Positions 24,528-37,200 of a DNA stretch of 64,000 bases are shown here, piece after piece (positions within the stretch are counted from its first letter, which is position 1; the number at the start of each line of letters is the position of its first letter). The notes under the pieces are model-generated. The model had not been told where the DNA came from. It was given only the letters and a program-made list of their open reading frames with translations, and searched no databases. Source of the stretch: Takakia lepidozioides (taxonomy: Eukaryota; Plantae; Bryophyta). The stretch lies in assembly GCA_030704615.1 (NCBI GenBank), contig CM060731.1, forward strand, positions 19,220,001 to 19,284,000. Reading direction: 5' to 3'. The position numbers and the translations under genes are program-made.

Positions 24528-27500
24528 TTACACCTGTTCTTGATAGTCAGGCTTCAAAACCCATCGTGACTCAACCCCTCCTTTCTGCAATGTGGCTATC
24601 TGTTTCAGAAGCTGCCTGAACACAGGCACATCATGAGTTGACACTTTCTCCTTAAAATGCCTCACCACATGAGAAGATGCCACTGTCCCTCCCTGCTGCT
24701 GGATAAATGTGTGCAACTGTTGACGCAAGAGCTTTGGCTGCATCGATTTTGCCTGGGCACTGCTTCCTGCACTCGAACTAGGTGCTGCCAACTCTGGTCT
24801 TGCAGGAGTGTTTGGCCCCATCATTTCAGACCTTGCTCCCACTGCTGCTGCACCTGACACAGGTAAAACTGTCAACTTTGTTCCATGATTGAAAATTGTA
24901 AACAATAGCCATAATAGGCAACACAGTCATAAGAATCAAGATGTGCAGCCCTCAAGAGCAAAGACTCTGCACCTGATGGATCCATGCGACGCTCGCGCAT
25001 CCGAGCAAGGAGATCACTTGAACTAAAGGCTTTGCCAACAGAGCTTCCTGCAACTCCCCCCATCACGCCCCTGGAAGCACCTCTCCCTCCATCACTGGCT
25101 GCCTTTGACAACCCTGTTTGGCTTCCAGCTGCTGATGAGGATGCTGGAAGCAGACGTGCATTTGAAGTGGAACCAAACCTGCGCCTCACCGCTGCAGGAG
25201 CGCCTGCAGAGCCAGAGCGGCCAGTCCATGTAGGCACTGCCACATTGTCATTGCTGCGTAGCCTACGTGATTGCTGCAATGCATTTGCTGCTCGCTCTGC
25301 CACGCGACCTGCTTCATGGTCTATCATCACCTTCTCGGACTCATGCACTGCCAGTATGGCATCGTGGTCCATGGCTGACTGCTCTCACAAACCAAAGCAT
25401 GCAGGGATCAATACCATGTGCCTCTCCCCTACCCCAGACAAGCCCTACGCCATAGGCCCATTGTTCCGAAGTGCAGCAATGTAGAACCCACATTGTAGTG
25501 AAATATTCTGCGTTTGTGACTTTAAAACTGCCAATCAGCCACAACTCTCTATAAGCAATATTCGTTAAGGCATCCAACACTGACCACACAAAATAAGATC
25601 GGCTGCAAACTTACATGAATGCCATTGGCCTCAAACAAGCTCTTTAAGATTCGAGATTCATCCTCTTGCACTTCTGGGTCTGCCTTCACTGTGCCTGTCT
25701 CCAGCCAGTCTCCCTCTACCAGTTGGCCTTCTACATCAACTCTTCTCCCATTTTCCTTGCGACCTCTACTCCTGCTTGCTCCATGCATACTGCCAGCTGC
25801 ATCACCAGTACTGTCTGCAGGCCTATCCTCTTCACACAGCTGAATTTCCCCACCAACTTCTGCAAAAAGGGTTGATGTTTCCGTCTTACTGGTACGAGTG
25901 TCCTCTTGGAGAGTGAAGAGGTCACGCATGTCTCTTGCTTTGAAAAAGCGCCTCTGCTGTGGATCCCGAAGTATTTTGTTGGTCAAAAAATGTTTGTAGA
26001 TCTGCCGATGATAGATCTTCTCCTCGATAGTTCCTCGAGTAATTAGGCGGTAGACAGTCACTTCTCGAGTCTGGCCAATACGCCATGCTCGTTCCCTAGC
26101 CTGCAATTCATCCACCACTATTCATCCTCAACAACTCAGACCATCAGCACTTTGAGCACACAATCTACACAAGTCAGTTCCCTTCTGCAAATGAAGACAT
26201 TATCATGCCGGTGAGACCAACACATATACAATAATATTCTAATCACGAGAGGTGTATGTGTACCTGCATATCCGTAGAGGGATTCCAATCAGGATCAAAG
26301 ATGATAACTCGATTGGCACCAACCAAGTTTGTCCCAAGCCCTCCAACCTTGGTGGTCAATATGAAGATGAAGACATGAGAAGCCTCATTGAACTCGTCAA
26401 TTAGAGACATCCGATGTTTAACAGGTGTGGATCCATCCATTCGCCGATAAACAAAACCTTTTGAGATAACATAATTCTCAATAATATCTAGCATTTGCTG
26501 TGTCTGTGCAAACAGAAGCACTCTGTGCCCTTGATTCTTCCATAAGTCTAAGATTTGAGCTAACACCTTGAGCTTCCCACTGCGCTCAGGACTGCCATAG
26601 TCAGGGTGGCTTGAGCTATGTTCTCTCTCTAACAGATCAGGATGATTGCAAATCTTCCGTAAGACATCAATGCCATACAAAGAATTCCTGTTTCCGTCAA
26701 AAATTTGTTCCACTTCTGAGCTAGCAAGAAAGGCACGATAGGCTGAACGCTGATCATCTGTGAGACTGCAAAACAGTACGTGCTCAGTTTTCTTGGGAAG
26801 GTGGGCTTCCACATCTGACTTCATGCGCCGCAGCAAGTAGGGCATTATCAGGTCGCGAAGCACCACTGCACAGCGATAGGCTGTTGACACCTGCAGCGGG
26901 GTAGCATTAGCATAGCCGCCAATGGCAATGGGGAGCGCAAACTGAGCCTGGAATACAGGCAGCACACCTAGTTTTCCAGGAAAGACAAAGTCAAAAAGCG
27001 ACCACAGCTCTGTGAGTTTGTTCTGAATGGGAGCTCCTGTCATAATGATACGATGCACAGTCTGCACCTGTTTACACACCAGCGTTGTTTCTGCATCTGG
27101 GTTTCGTATACGATGGCCCTCATCCAGTACAGCATAACCCCAATTGATGTCCAGAAGCTTGTCTCTAACCAATCGCAATTGTTCATATGTTGTAATTAAC
27201 AAGCCTGCCTCTGATTGCACCACCCGCTCAATCAGCGCATCCCACCGGTTCACCTTTTTCACAGCTATGCTTCTCTCCCTCTCCCCTCCACTGTCATCAG
27301 TTCCTTCATCTTCTTCATCTGAGCTTCCCTTAGCTTTACCTTTCTTTCCTTTGCCTGACTTGCCTGGTGATGCAAGAGCAGAATCATGTAATATCTCCAC
27401 CTTGAAGCCAGGATACCATACTCGCACTTCACGCCTCCACTGCCGAAGAAGAGTGACAGGGCAGATTACAATACTAGGAGTATACATGCCGCTGTGATGC

Positions 27501-30366
27501 AAACCCGCCAAGAATGAAATCACCTGAATAGTCTTGCCCAATCCCATTTCATCTCCCATGATCCCTCCTGCCTTTTGGCAATGTAACTCCCACATCCATT
27601 TCACACCAGTCTTTTGATAGTCAAACAGCTTTGCATAGATACGACCAGGTATCCTAAGCCCACCATCTAAGACTACATCCTCTTCTTCAACATCTGTGTT
27701 CTCTTCGGAATCTCCCTCTTCCTTTTGAATCAGAGGATTTCTTTGCAGGTACAGTCTTGTCTTCTTCTTTGACTCGCCCACTTCCTCCTCCTCTGTCAAG
27801 TTCTCTGAGCAGAACAGTACAATATCAAACCACTGTTATGACCTACAATTGACAGGCAGCTTTGGGGCAAAGAGGCAAAACTCTGGTCCCACCAGAACGG
27901 CATCTTCTCCCACCAACTACCAACTTGTAAAACAGTTCATTTATCCAACTACACTTTACTTTCCCAGTTTTAACCTTCAAATAGCTGAGTGTGAAGAAAA
28001 TTGACAGAAGAGAAGTGCATTTACCTGTACTGAATACAGGGGGAGAGAGATAGAGAGATGGTGCATTCATTAAACCTTCCTAGCTGTAGCCTTGCGGCCA
28101 GGAACCCTATGAATGGAACTGGGGGGGAAGGGGTAGAGGAAAAAGGCAAATGTGAGGACTGTGCGCTAGCTACTGCTGGAAAGGGGATGCACACACAGGC
28201 AAGCTCAGACTTTTTGACCAGCCAACGCTAATTCTGGTTTTCCAGCGTCCCCCACAGGAGCATGTAACGATGTAGCATCACTTTGCTACCCACAATCAAC
28301 CTAACATTCATACTTGAGGATGGCCAAAGCTTTCAGCCTTGTATTGAACAGTTCAAAAGCAGGTGCAGTAGCAGTATTTGATTCTTTTGAAGAGAGAGCA
28401 TCATTTTAGGTCCCTGTAATCTCTATTTTGCCCACAGATCACACGTATGGGTACACTTCTACTAGTGTGCTAACTAACTGTACAGAAGTAGGCAAACTCC
28501 TCTCCACTTGAACTTTTGCGGAAGTCCTCAGGGAGGGAAACCCTTTAGTTCGTACTTGAGTCCAATTTGGTCATCAAATGCAGTCACAAAGACAAATGAA
28601 TATGCAAAAATAGGAAAAAGTTAACTAACCATCCTCTTCATCGTCCTCCACACTCTCATCACTTGAACCGTCTGGTCTCCTTCTCCACCTCTTCTCAGGC
28701 AAGGGTCGCCTTCTCTTCGTTTGATGTGCCCTCTGTCCCTTAGCTGCCCCTTCTTCGGCTGCTGCTGCTGGAATTTTGAAAGGGGTTCGCAGCCGTCGAA
28801 ATTCGCGAGTTGGTGGTTCCAAACCTGGAAGATGGGAGCCATCGAGCAGTTTTGTTGTAGGCCTTGATCCTGCTATGGCAGCAATTGATGCTGCCGCCTT
28901 TGCAATGGATCGTCTGGATCGATCCTCTTGATCTCCATCTTCCTCGTAACTCTTACCAGCATCAGCTTTTGGTGCACTTTGCACACGACGCTCAAAGCCT
29001 TTAACACGGTCGAAAGGTGTGAGCACACCAATGCGTATCAACCTATCACGTTCCTGTCATTCACAATATGACAATGACACCTGATCAAGCATGCAATATG
29101 CTTTTAAACAGCCGGAAAACTCACATGCCAAGCACCAGTACCAGTCTTAGCAGATACCAATCACTAAATTCTACGGCAATCTCCTGGCATCTGAAATGGG
29201 TGTCCCAGGGATGCACTCAACAACATGTCCATTGTGACTGAGGGCATCCTCCAGGAACATGAAGAGAACATGCACAGGACACTCATGTGCAAGAAATGAA
29301 GCTTACAGTTTCCACTAAACCTGAAGCTGCATCCAAAGCAGCATCAAAATCGTCATCTTCAAGAAAAGAAACCGCTTTCTTCTCGATATGTTTCCGTTTA
29401 CTTAGGGACTTCTTGCTTCCAAAAGCAGAATCAGCTTTGAAATTTCCATCAACCAATTCACCATCAAGGCTTCTCTCCACGAACTCTTCTTTAATGTTTT
29501 CCAGAGTCTTGAGCTGCTCCCTGAACTGCCTCCTCTTCCTCTTCAAACTCTGCAATCGATCACTTGCTAAGGCCCAGTGCAGCACCGCTCCATCAGCTGG
29601 AGCATCTTCTGGTTCCCCAACCTCACTGACAATCTGCTTGCCCTCTCGTTGCGTAGCTCCATCCTCGGAAATGGACAGGACACGATCATGTGGTGTATCA
29701 AAGGCTTGTGCACCCTCTGCAACAGCCGTAATTTCCTGATCCAAAGCAAACAGGCGGCTCTGTATGCGGGTTTTGCGTGCCCGCAACCCAGCCTGGATGT
29801 TATTTTCCCCCTCTACAATATCGAGTGCCACTTCTTCGTCATCAAGCTCATCCACCAATCCCTTCCCACCCTTCCCACTCTCCCTCACCTTCTGCTTGAC
29901 CTGTTCCATCCAATGTGCATGAAGGTAGGTCAGAAACCATTGTCCCCTTAAACCCAGTCGCTTGTCTCTCTCTCTAGTTACCTGTGACTATGTAATTGAG
30001 CGTGCAGAGTTTCTCACTGATGGAATGGGAGAGAAAAGGAGCGGATGCAAGGGGAGCACATTCACATGTCATGTACTATCAACAACAATCGAATGAGAAG
30101 CACAAAGAAACAACATTCCCTGGGCATACGATCGAACATCTCAAGGCAGCGCAGATTATTTTGAATAGGGATCGGAGGCCGACTACTTCTGAAGGCAGAA
30201 TTCCCCTAAGCAAGTTACCAATATGAGAGATTGGAACCTGAGCTAGGAGATTTCGTTCAATGTCCGCAGGGTCGGCAGCAGTGACTCCGAGACTCGAAAG
30301 AAGCGCCTCGTCTTCATGCTCTGTACCTTCCTGGAGGTTCACTCCCTCACCGTGCTGTACCTCCAT
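24528..30366 (-). CDS. CHR8: SNF2-family repair ATPase CHR8/CSB (ERCC6/Rad26). Exons 30366-30238, 29900-29307, 29053-28630, 27804-26264, 26100-25615, 25378-24973, 24853-24528
   Basis: [28 protein letters not shown]|[25 protein letters not shown] and the C-terminal [16 protein letters not shown] domain. All junctions are GT-AG and phase-compatible. Confidence 0.96.
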
Positions 30367-31192
30367 CCTTTCTAACCACTTTCAGACAACTGCGCCATGA
30401 GCAGACATACTACCCAAAGCCACATCCCTCCCGCCTTTGCAGTTGGATTACAGTATCAATTCGGTAGCTACTACACCTTACACATCATCCACACAAAATC
30501 TGTGCTTCAAATACACACCCACCCTGTCCAACCTCTCGCCACCCACAAGACAAACACCATTTGCGCAGTTCGAGAGAACCCAAATCACGTTGTAATGTCC
30601 TTTGCCTTGATCCAGCCCATCAGAATCTCATCACCGCAGCAGTAGGCCATCGGTCAGAGCAGCGTGAAAGTGAAGCCTTGGGAGCGAGGCCGTCTTATTA
30701 TTAGTCCCGCCTATGGCACCCTCTCATGGGCTTCCACGTGGCAATTCTCGGACAGGGAGAGCATCAGCACACGTAGCCCAGGTACAAAAAGCAAAGATCC
30801 CGGCAAGGAGGGTAGAGAGCTACGTCTACACGACCAACCCACCTTCTTTCTTGCTCCTCGATTGCACGGGCTACAGGTGCAATGGATGCTGTCTATGTGC
30901 CTTGCAAGCTGGCCATGCACACATCAAAGCAGCAGGCGGCTAGTGTTTATGCAGTAGATGGGTTGCCAGCCAAGCTTGGTTTGATGGGTAGTCACATCGT
31001 TCCTCGCTTTCCAGTCTGCTGCCCCCCCTGGAAGTGTTTTGTTACATCTCAGCCTTTTCTCGTTTCTTGATTGAGGAGATGGATACAATGCTTTTCACAT
31101 GTGCGCGGTGGAATTCTTCTTGCGGCAGGAACTCTTCTTGCGATGCGCTTCACGCAGTTTGGATGCTCTGACTGGGAATAAGGACTCTCAAC

Positions 31193-32815
31193 ATGTCGAT
31201 TGCACAAGGGTTCTTGGCAAGGCGTGTCCTGGTGCGCTGTCTGTTCTTCACAGTGGCGCTTATGACTCTGCCGTTTTTCTATAATGTGAGAGATGCCAGT
31301 TCGCATGAGGAGGGAGACCATACAGATGCTTCTGTTTCCGTGATCGAAGGGCCCACTAGTTTCGCAAACAGGTTGGAGCTGCCACCCATACAGAGTAACT
31401 ATGGATCAAACGAGCTCAAACCTAGACATCGTTTCGGTTCATATGAGGAGTATCTGCAGCTCCAGCTCAAGAAAACACTGAATATGAAGCTGAGGAAGTT
31501 GTGGACAACCAAGGATTGGCGGCGCAAGGTGGACATATTCTCTGGAGTCTTTCAGGATACTATGAAGAAGGCGCTGTTGAAACCTGGGCACAAAGCTCTA
31601 TGCATTGGGGCCCGAGTAGGTCAGGAGGTTCTAGCCTTGAAGGAAAATGGAGTTTGGGATGCCATTGGTATAGACCTCGTCCCTTTCCTGCCATTGGTGG
31701 TGAAAGGAGACATGCATAGGCATCCATTTGTGAAAAACACGTTTGATTTTGAATTCTCAAATGTCTTTGATCATGCTCTCTTCCCTGATTTATTTGTATC
31801 CGAAGTGGAGCGCACGTTGAAACCAGGTGGTGTGGCGCTCATTCATGTAGCCCTTAGCAGACGATCTGATAAATATTCAGCAAATGACCTGTATAGCATC
31901 GATCCTCTTCTTGCCTTGTTCAAGAACTCGGATGTTGTGCACATCAGAGAGATTGATGCTCTTGGGCTGGATACTGAGGTAGCCTTCAGGAAGCGGTGGG
32001 GTTCAGAGCTTCCTCAAGCTGTCAGTGACGAGCACAGCTATGCAACCTGCAAGGCATCGAGTGTGAGACAAGCCATCATTGAGCAGGCAGAACCTTTGAT
32101 TGCTGAGGAGCCCTTGAAGCCGTGGATCGCATTAAAACAGAACATGAAATCTGTGAAGTACCTTCCAACTATTTCTGACATTAGCAATCACAGCCGACAC
32201 ATATATGTGGATGTGGGAGCTAGAGAACATGGATCTAGCATTGGCAGCTGGTTTAAGAAGCAGTACCCAAAGCAGAATCAGAATTTCAGCATCTTTGCTA
32301 TCGAAGCAGACAAAGCATTTCAGGCAGGATATCGAAATCACTCTGATGTTAGATTTTTGCCTTATGCTGCATGGATTCGAAATGAAAGCTTGATGTTTGG
32401 GAGTACCAACCAGGGGGACAGCTCCAAAGGTCCCAGTGGCATGGGCCGGATTCAGATGCTGGACAGACTTGAAGGGAGGACGAGGGAGGGAAACATTACC
32501 AAAGAATTGCAGGGAGCTCAGCTGCATGAAGTGCAGGGCTTTGATTTTGCAGAGTGGCTCGAAGCAACAGCATCTATGGACGATTTCTTGGTCCTCAAGA
32601 TGGATGTGGAGGGAACTGAATTTGAGCTTCTGCCGCATCTATTCGAGAAAGGCACCATCTGTCTTGTAGATGAACTCTTTTTGGAATGCCATTACAATCG
32701 CTGGCAAAGGTGCTGCCAAGAGAGAACTCAGAAGTACAACAAAACTTATGATGATTGCTTGGCTCTATTTACATCTCTAAGGCAACGAGGGGTGCTTGTC
32801 CATCAGTGGTGGTGA
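31193..32815 (+). CDS. Membrane-anchored two-domain SAM methyltransferase (At5g01710-like), intronless
   Basis: N-terminal TM segment; ALCIGARVGQEV..FDFEFSNVFDH; second domain YVDVGAR..KMDVEGTEFE..ECHYNRWQRCC..VHQWW*. Confidence 0.92.
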   Translation: MSIAQGFLARRVLVRCLFFTVALMTLPFFYNVRDASSHEEGDHTDASVSVIEGPTSFANRLELPPIQSNYGSNELKPRHRFGSYEEYLQLQLKKTLNMKLRKLWTTKDWRRKVDIFSGVFQDTMKKALLKPGHKALCIGARVGQEVLALKENGVWDAIGIDLVPFLPLVVKGDMHRHPFVKNTFDFEFSNVFDHALFPDLFVSEVERTLKPGGVALIHVALSRRSDKYSANDLYSIDPLLALFKNSDVVHIREIDALGLDTEVAFRKRWGSELPQAVSDEHSYATCKASSVRQAIIEQAEPLIAEEPLKPWIALKQNMKSVKYLPTISDISNHSRHIYVDVGAREHGSSIGSWFKKQYPKQNQNFSIFAIEADKAFQAGYRNHSDVRFLPYAAWIRNESLMFGSTNQGDSSKGPSGMGRIQMLDRLEGRTREGNITKELQGAQLHEVQGFDFAEWLEATASMDDFLVLKMDVEGTEFELLPHLFEKGTICLVDELFLECHYNRWQRCCQERTQKYNKTYDDCLALFTSLRQRGVLVHQWW

Positions 32816-34245
32816 TTCACAGGAACAAGGGCTGGGCTGTATAACAGAAAGCAGGTGAAGTACAATGTCTTCCCCAATCTTGCGTGCTTGTTATTGGCTG
32901 GACTGGGATATTGAGACTTCAACAGCAGACAGCTGTGGTTGAGTTTCTAGATGTCATCTACCAATTACTGATGAACTGTGATGGCATCATGGAAGATGTC
33001 AATGACTTGCACTTACTGTCACTTAATGAGCATAGATGAAAATGACCAAGTTCGGTCAACCCGCAGGTCCTGAAGCAACTTGTGCAGCTTAGAAGGGGCC
33101 ATGGCCTTTGATGAAGGTTATTCCAGTTGGCCACAAAGCAATCCACCAAGTACATCAGGCGGTTCCTTGTATGAATGTTTTATGACAATCTGTAGGAAGA
33201 CGTGTGTGTAGTCCAACATGCAGCAGAGCCCCGTATGTGTACAGGGGGCCTCTTGTCAACACCTTTTGCACCTAAAGGTGTTTTGTGTGAAAATAAGGAC
33301 ATACAGTAGGAATACAATCTCATGGTCTGGATTAGGAATTAGAAAAGCTCTACTGCAACCTCTGCAGAGTGGTGTGAACAGCGAGACTAAGAGAATTATT
33401 GCTGAACAACCTGACCTTCAAAGGAGTTGGGAGCACAAAGCTGCTGTCATCTTCAGATTAGATTTTGAGTGAATTTGCCTGGAAAATCATGTGCAAAATG
33501 CAGTAACAAATGTACAGCTAAGGGCTTATAGGCTGTCTGAATGTCTTGACTCAGAAAGTACAATTTTCCATTTCAATTTTGAGAATGGGACAAAGGACTT
33601 GGAAAAACTGTGAAGCTTGTTAATTAGGTGAAGGCTAAATCCCACAGAAATTTTTTGCCTAGGTGTTTCACTGTTCTTGGATATTAAGCACGTTGGAGAG
33701 AGCTGGATACAATTCTAAGGGACCTTTACCTTGGACACTGACACATCTTCCATTCAGCAACAATCACGAGGAAGACAGATTGAAAGAGTAAATATCACCG
33801 ATCAAATTGTGGCTTACTTTTCCTAAGTGCTACAAAGCCCATGGAGCAGGAAACCGAATGCCTGTAGTGCTGGACTCACCTCTGCATCAGCAGCACACAA
33901 TAGGGGTCAACAGATCTCAGACATAGAAAACGCAACCACATGAGTTTCTCAGTAACGGTTGATTCTGGAACAGCTTTTCAAGTTAGATATATATTTTGTG
34001 CTGATTACCTGTCTGGAAGCAAATCTTCGTAAGCCTGCATAACTAGGGCAGACCTACCTACTACAATAACCGACTCTGGTAAGATGCAGGAATTGCAGCA
34101 GCCCTCATGACCAATACAAGTGGAGTTCATATGCACTTGAGCTTATCCCAGTGAGTTTTGCGAGGACCTGCCTGCTTGTCATGCAAGTAGCCCTAGGGTG
34201 ATGGATTGTGCTGGCGTTGGGACCTTGATGCCATTACTGAGGATA

Positions 34246-37200
34246 TCAACTGCTTGTTTCCATGAGCTTGTAACGTTTCTCTTGTACACCGGTCACTCCC
34301 ATGTGGATTTCGATAATAGTGTGCAACGGCACCTGCATGAAAATCCAAATGCAGATAACTCCCATTGCTTGCAATCACATGCATAGAACAATAGGGAAGC
34401 TAATGATCATATTTCCTTTCCTCTCTCAGCAAGTATATACCACTTTTCATAATAACTTGTGCCATCAGAAAGGGCTACAACCTCATTGCACATGCGAGCC
34501 CTCATTCTGATCTCTTCTCAATCTTTTCCCCTCTCTGTCCTCTAGCCCGGGCATGACATCTATGGCCCCAAGGCTACAACAAACAGTCTTAAGGAGATAA
34601 TTATCTTTTTAGAAAGGGTGAAGGAAATGAGAGGAACCTCAATATGTGGAACTTCCTTCAGAGGTTTGTCCATGAAATATGCATACAACGAACGCAATAT
34701 TGCCTGGTGCCAGTCATTCACAGAGATTGTTTGTCATACCACTTCCCATGCCTCGGGGATAGAGATACAGACACATGTGACCCTAAAGTCTCACAACACT
34801 GTTGCCTAGCATGCAATGCCAGCAAGGACAGTGCATGGTAGCTTTCTCTCATCTAATTTTCTCCCAACCACCACTGCAGCATGGAGGTTTACCTTTATCA
34901 TCTAGCTGTGCCCAAAGCACTTTCTTTCTCTAATTCTCTTTGGATCCCCTGTGGATGTATAAATTTCTTCTACCTCTTCTTCTCTCATTCACTTCAGTAC
35001 ATCATCACACAACCACCAAAGCGTCTTACTAGCATCAGACTTAAACTGAGAGTGGAGAGACACATGGTACATACTTGGTGAGCAATCACCACCACAGGTG
35101 ATCGTTGACGTTCAAGCTCAATTATAACAGGCTCTAACCTGCAACCACTCTCTTGCAACACACGTCAGGGAGATGCCGAGACCCGACTCATCAGCTAGAA
35201 CAAATTGTTTGTTACCCTGATACAAAAAGGATTGACAGAAAGAGACCTTTGAATAACATCCAAGTAGGATTCGCCACGTGGGTAACGATATCTTAGCTTG
35301 TCCGCCTTCCGAGCCCTGTGTGACAAGACTAATATAAGTCAGACATCATGAATAGAAGGCCCTCGAATTTCAATCCCTCCCCTTAGGTTTTTATTGTTGG
35401 GAGATCACCAGAAAATTGATGTGTTGTGCCTGGTTCACCAATCATTCTGAAATTAAGGACTACACATCAGTGGCCTAAACACTTCATTGACACGATCCTT
35501 CTCCTCAGATCTGTTATACAGGTATGGGAACAAGGCGGAATCCTCAAGTCTTATGGAACAGCTGGTTGGCTCCTACATACACAACTGAGACCTGAGTGCA
35601 TGGAATCCAATCACGCTGTTTTTATGTATTAAGCATTACACATGTTGCCTAAAATTGCCACTCCAGCAGCTTCACTCCCTCCAAGAAGTTACTCTGGAGG
35701 ACATCAAGCATGGTTGTAGAACACAATGACCAGCATTTGAAAATCATAATGGAAACCCTGGTTGGCTATTGTTAGCATTTTAAGCAAGGTAACACCTCAG
35801 ATTCTCATTCAGACGTGGGGAAATGTGTTATGCCTAAAGCGAAAATTGACTGAGAAGGGGGAAAGTACAGGAGGAGGGGGGGGGAAAAGGGGGGATGAGA
35901 AGGGGGGGGGGGGGATTCTTTCTTCAGGCATGGACTCTTTTATCTCCTCATACGTCATTCCATCACAGACGCCAGCATTGATTTCATCTAATGCCCGCCA
36001 TTGCACCTACATCACACCCCCAATCATAAGACTGTTGAGCTATTCTGCTTTTACAAGTGACCCCGTGGTTTGGTCCCCTCTGAAGGTTAAATTTCTTCAC
36101 AATCGAGATCTCACAGGCCGCTGGCTCGAGTTGAGGAGCCCCCCAAAAAATTAGCTTCATACAGGGGGAACTGTGATTCTACTAGTGTACCAGATGCAAA
36201 TTGCTGTCTAGCAAAAAGCAAAACACACTGTTCTACACTACAGTAAACAAGGTGAAGCCTTGATATCATGACCTTGCTCAAAATCAAACTTCTATATACC
36301 CTAGCATGGCAATCAATTCCCATTAGCCAACATAGTCTCCAATGGCAGGACAACTAACCAAGCACATTTGTGTGCACTTCATCTTCATTGACTAGAGGGT
36401 ATGATACATCAACAATATGTAGGTCCGTGGACTATTGAACACACCAACCACTTCTCCATGTCACAAAACCCTGGTGACCCAGATGGCATTTGTCTTCTTT
36501 CCACGAAACATACAATGTAAAAGAAGTCAAACTTAAATTTACAGCTGTACCTTTGGAAACCCCACAATATGACAAGCTGTGATTACTGTCCTCTGCAAAG
36601 TGCTTGTCCATATCTGCAAAAATGGAGCTACAAATTAAGAAATACCTAGCAAAGCACAAGGTAGTTTTGAGTGAAAAGAACAATCTAGATAGGAGGGAGG
36701 ACGGATGGCATGGAGCTATCCACTGACTAAGCTATCACTAGTTGGTGTTCAGTGCCAACAACTCATCCATGCATCAAACACAATGGAGCTTAAGAAGTTT
36801 ACAGAGGCAGTGCGTTCTGTCTTCAACCGTTTGTTCACAAAATCTGCCAGCTTCAGCGAGTACTTTTCTCCCGCCTCACTGTAACAATTGATCAACTCTG
36901 GTTATAGTCCATGAGACCCTCTCTCTTACAACAGCCTTTAAGTGAAGGCAGAAAAGTAGCATACAGATTCAGTTCTTCAAGAATCCTCCTGTATTTCCAA
37001 CCAGTACCTCCTCCCCCATATTCTCCAAGGTGTAACAGAAATCTAGGTCAGCTGAGCGCTGAAGTCCACATACTGATAACTTGCCGAGAACCTGCTGCTG
37101 ATATACTAGCAAGTGTTCCTCCCTTGACAGTAAGTATGTGAGCAGTAATTGACACCTCCTCTACCATGAAAAAGAAGTAAAAGAGATGACAGATTGCTTG

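Noticed and set aside
27805-28629. CSB-piggyBac fusion like primate CSB-PGBD3
   Set aside because: No transposase ORF or TTAA/CCC ends were seen in CHR8 introns; the piggyBac-like element is 23 kb away.
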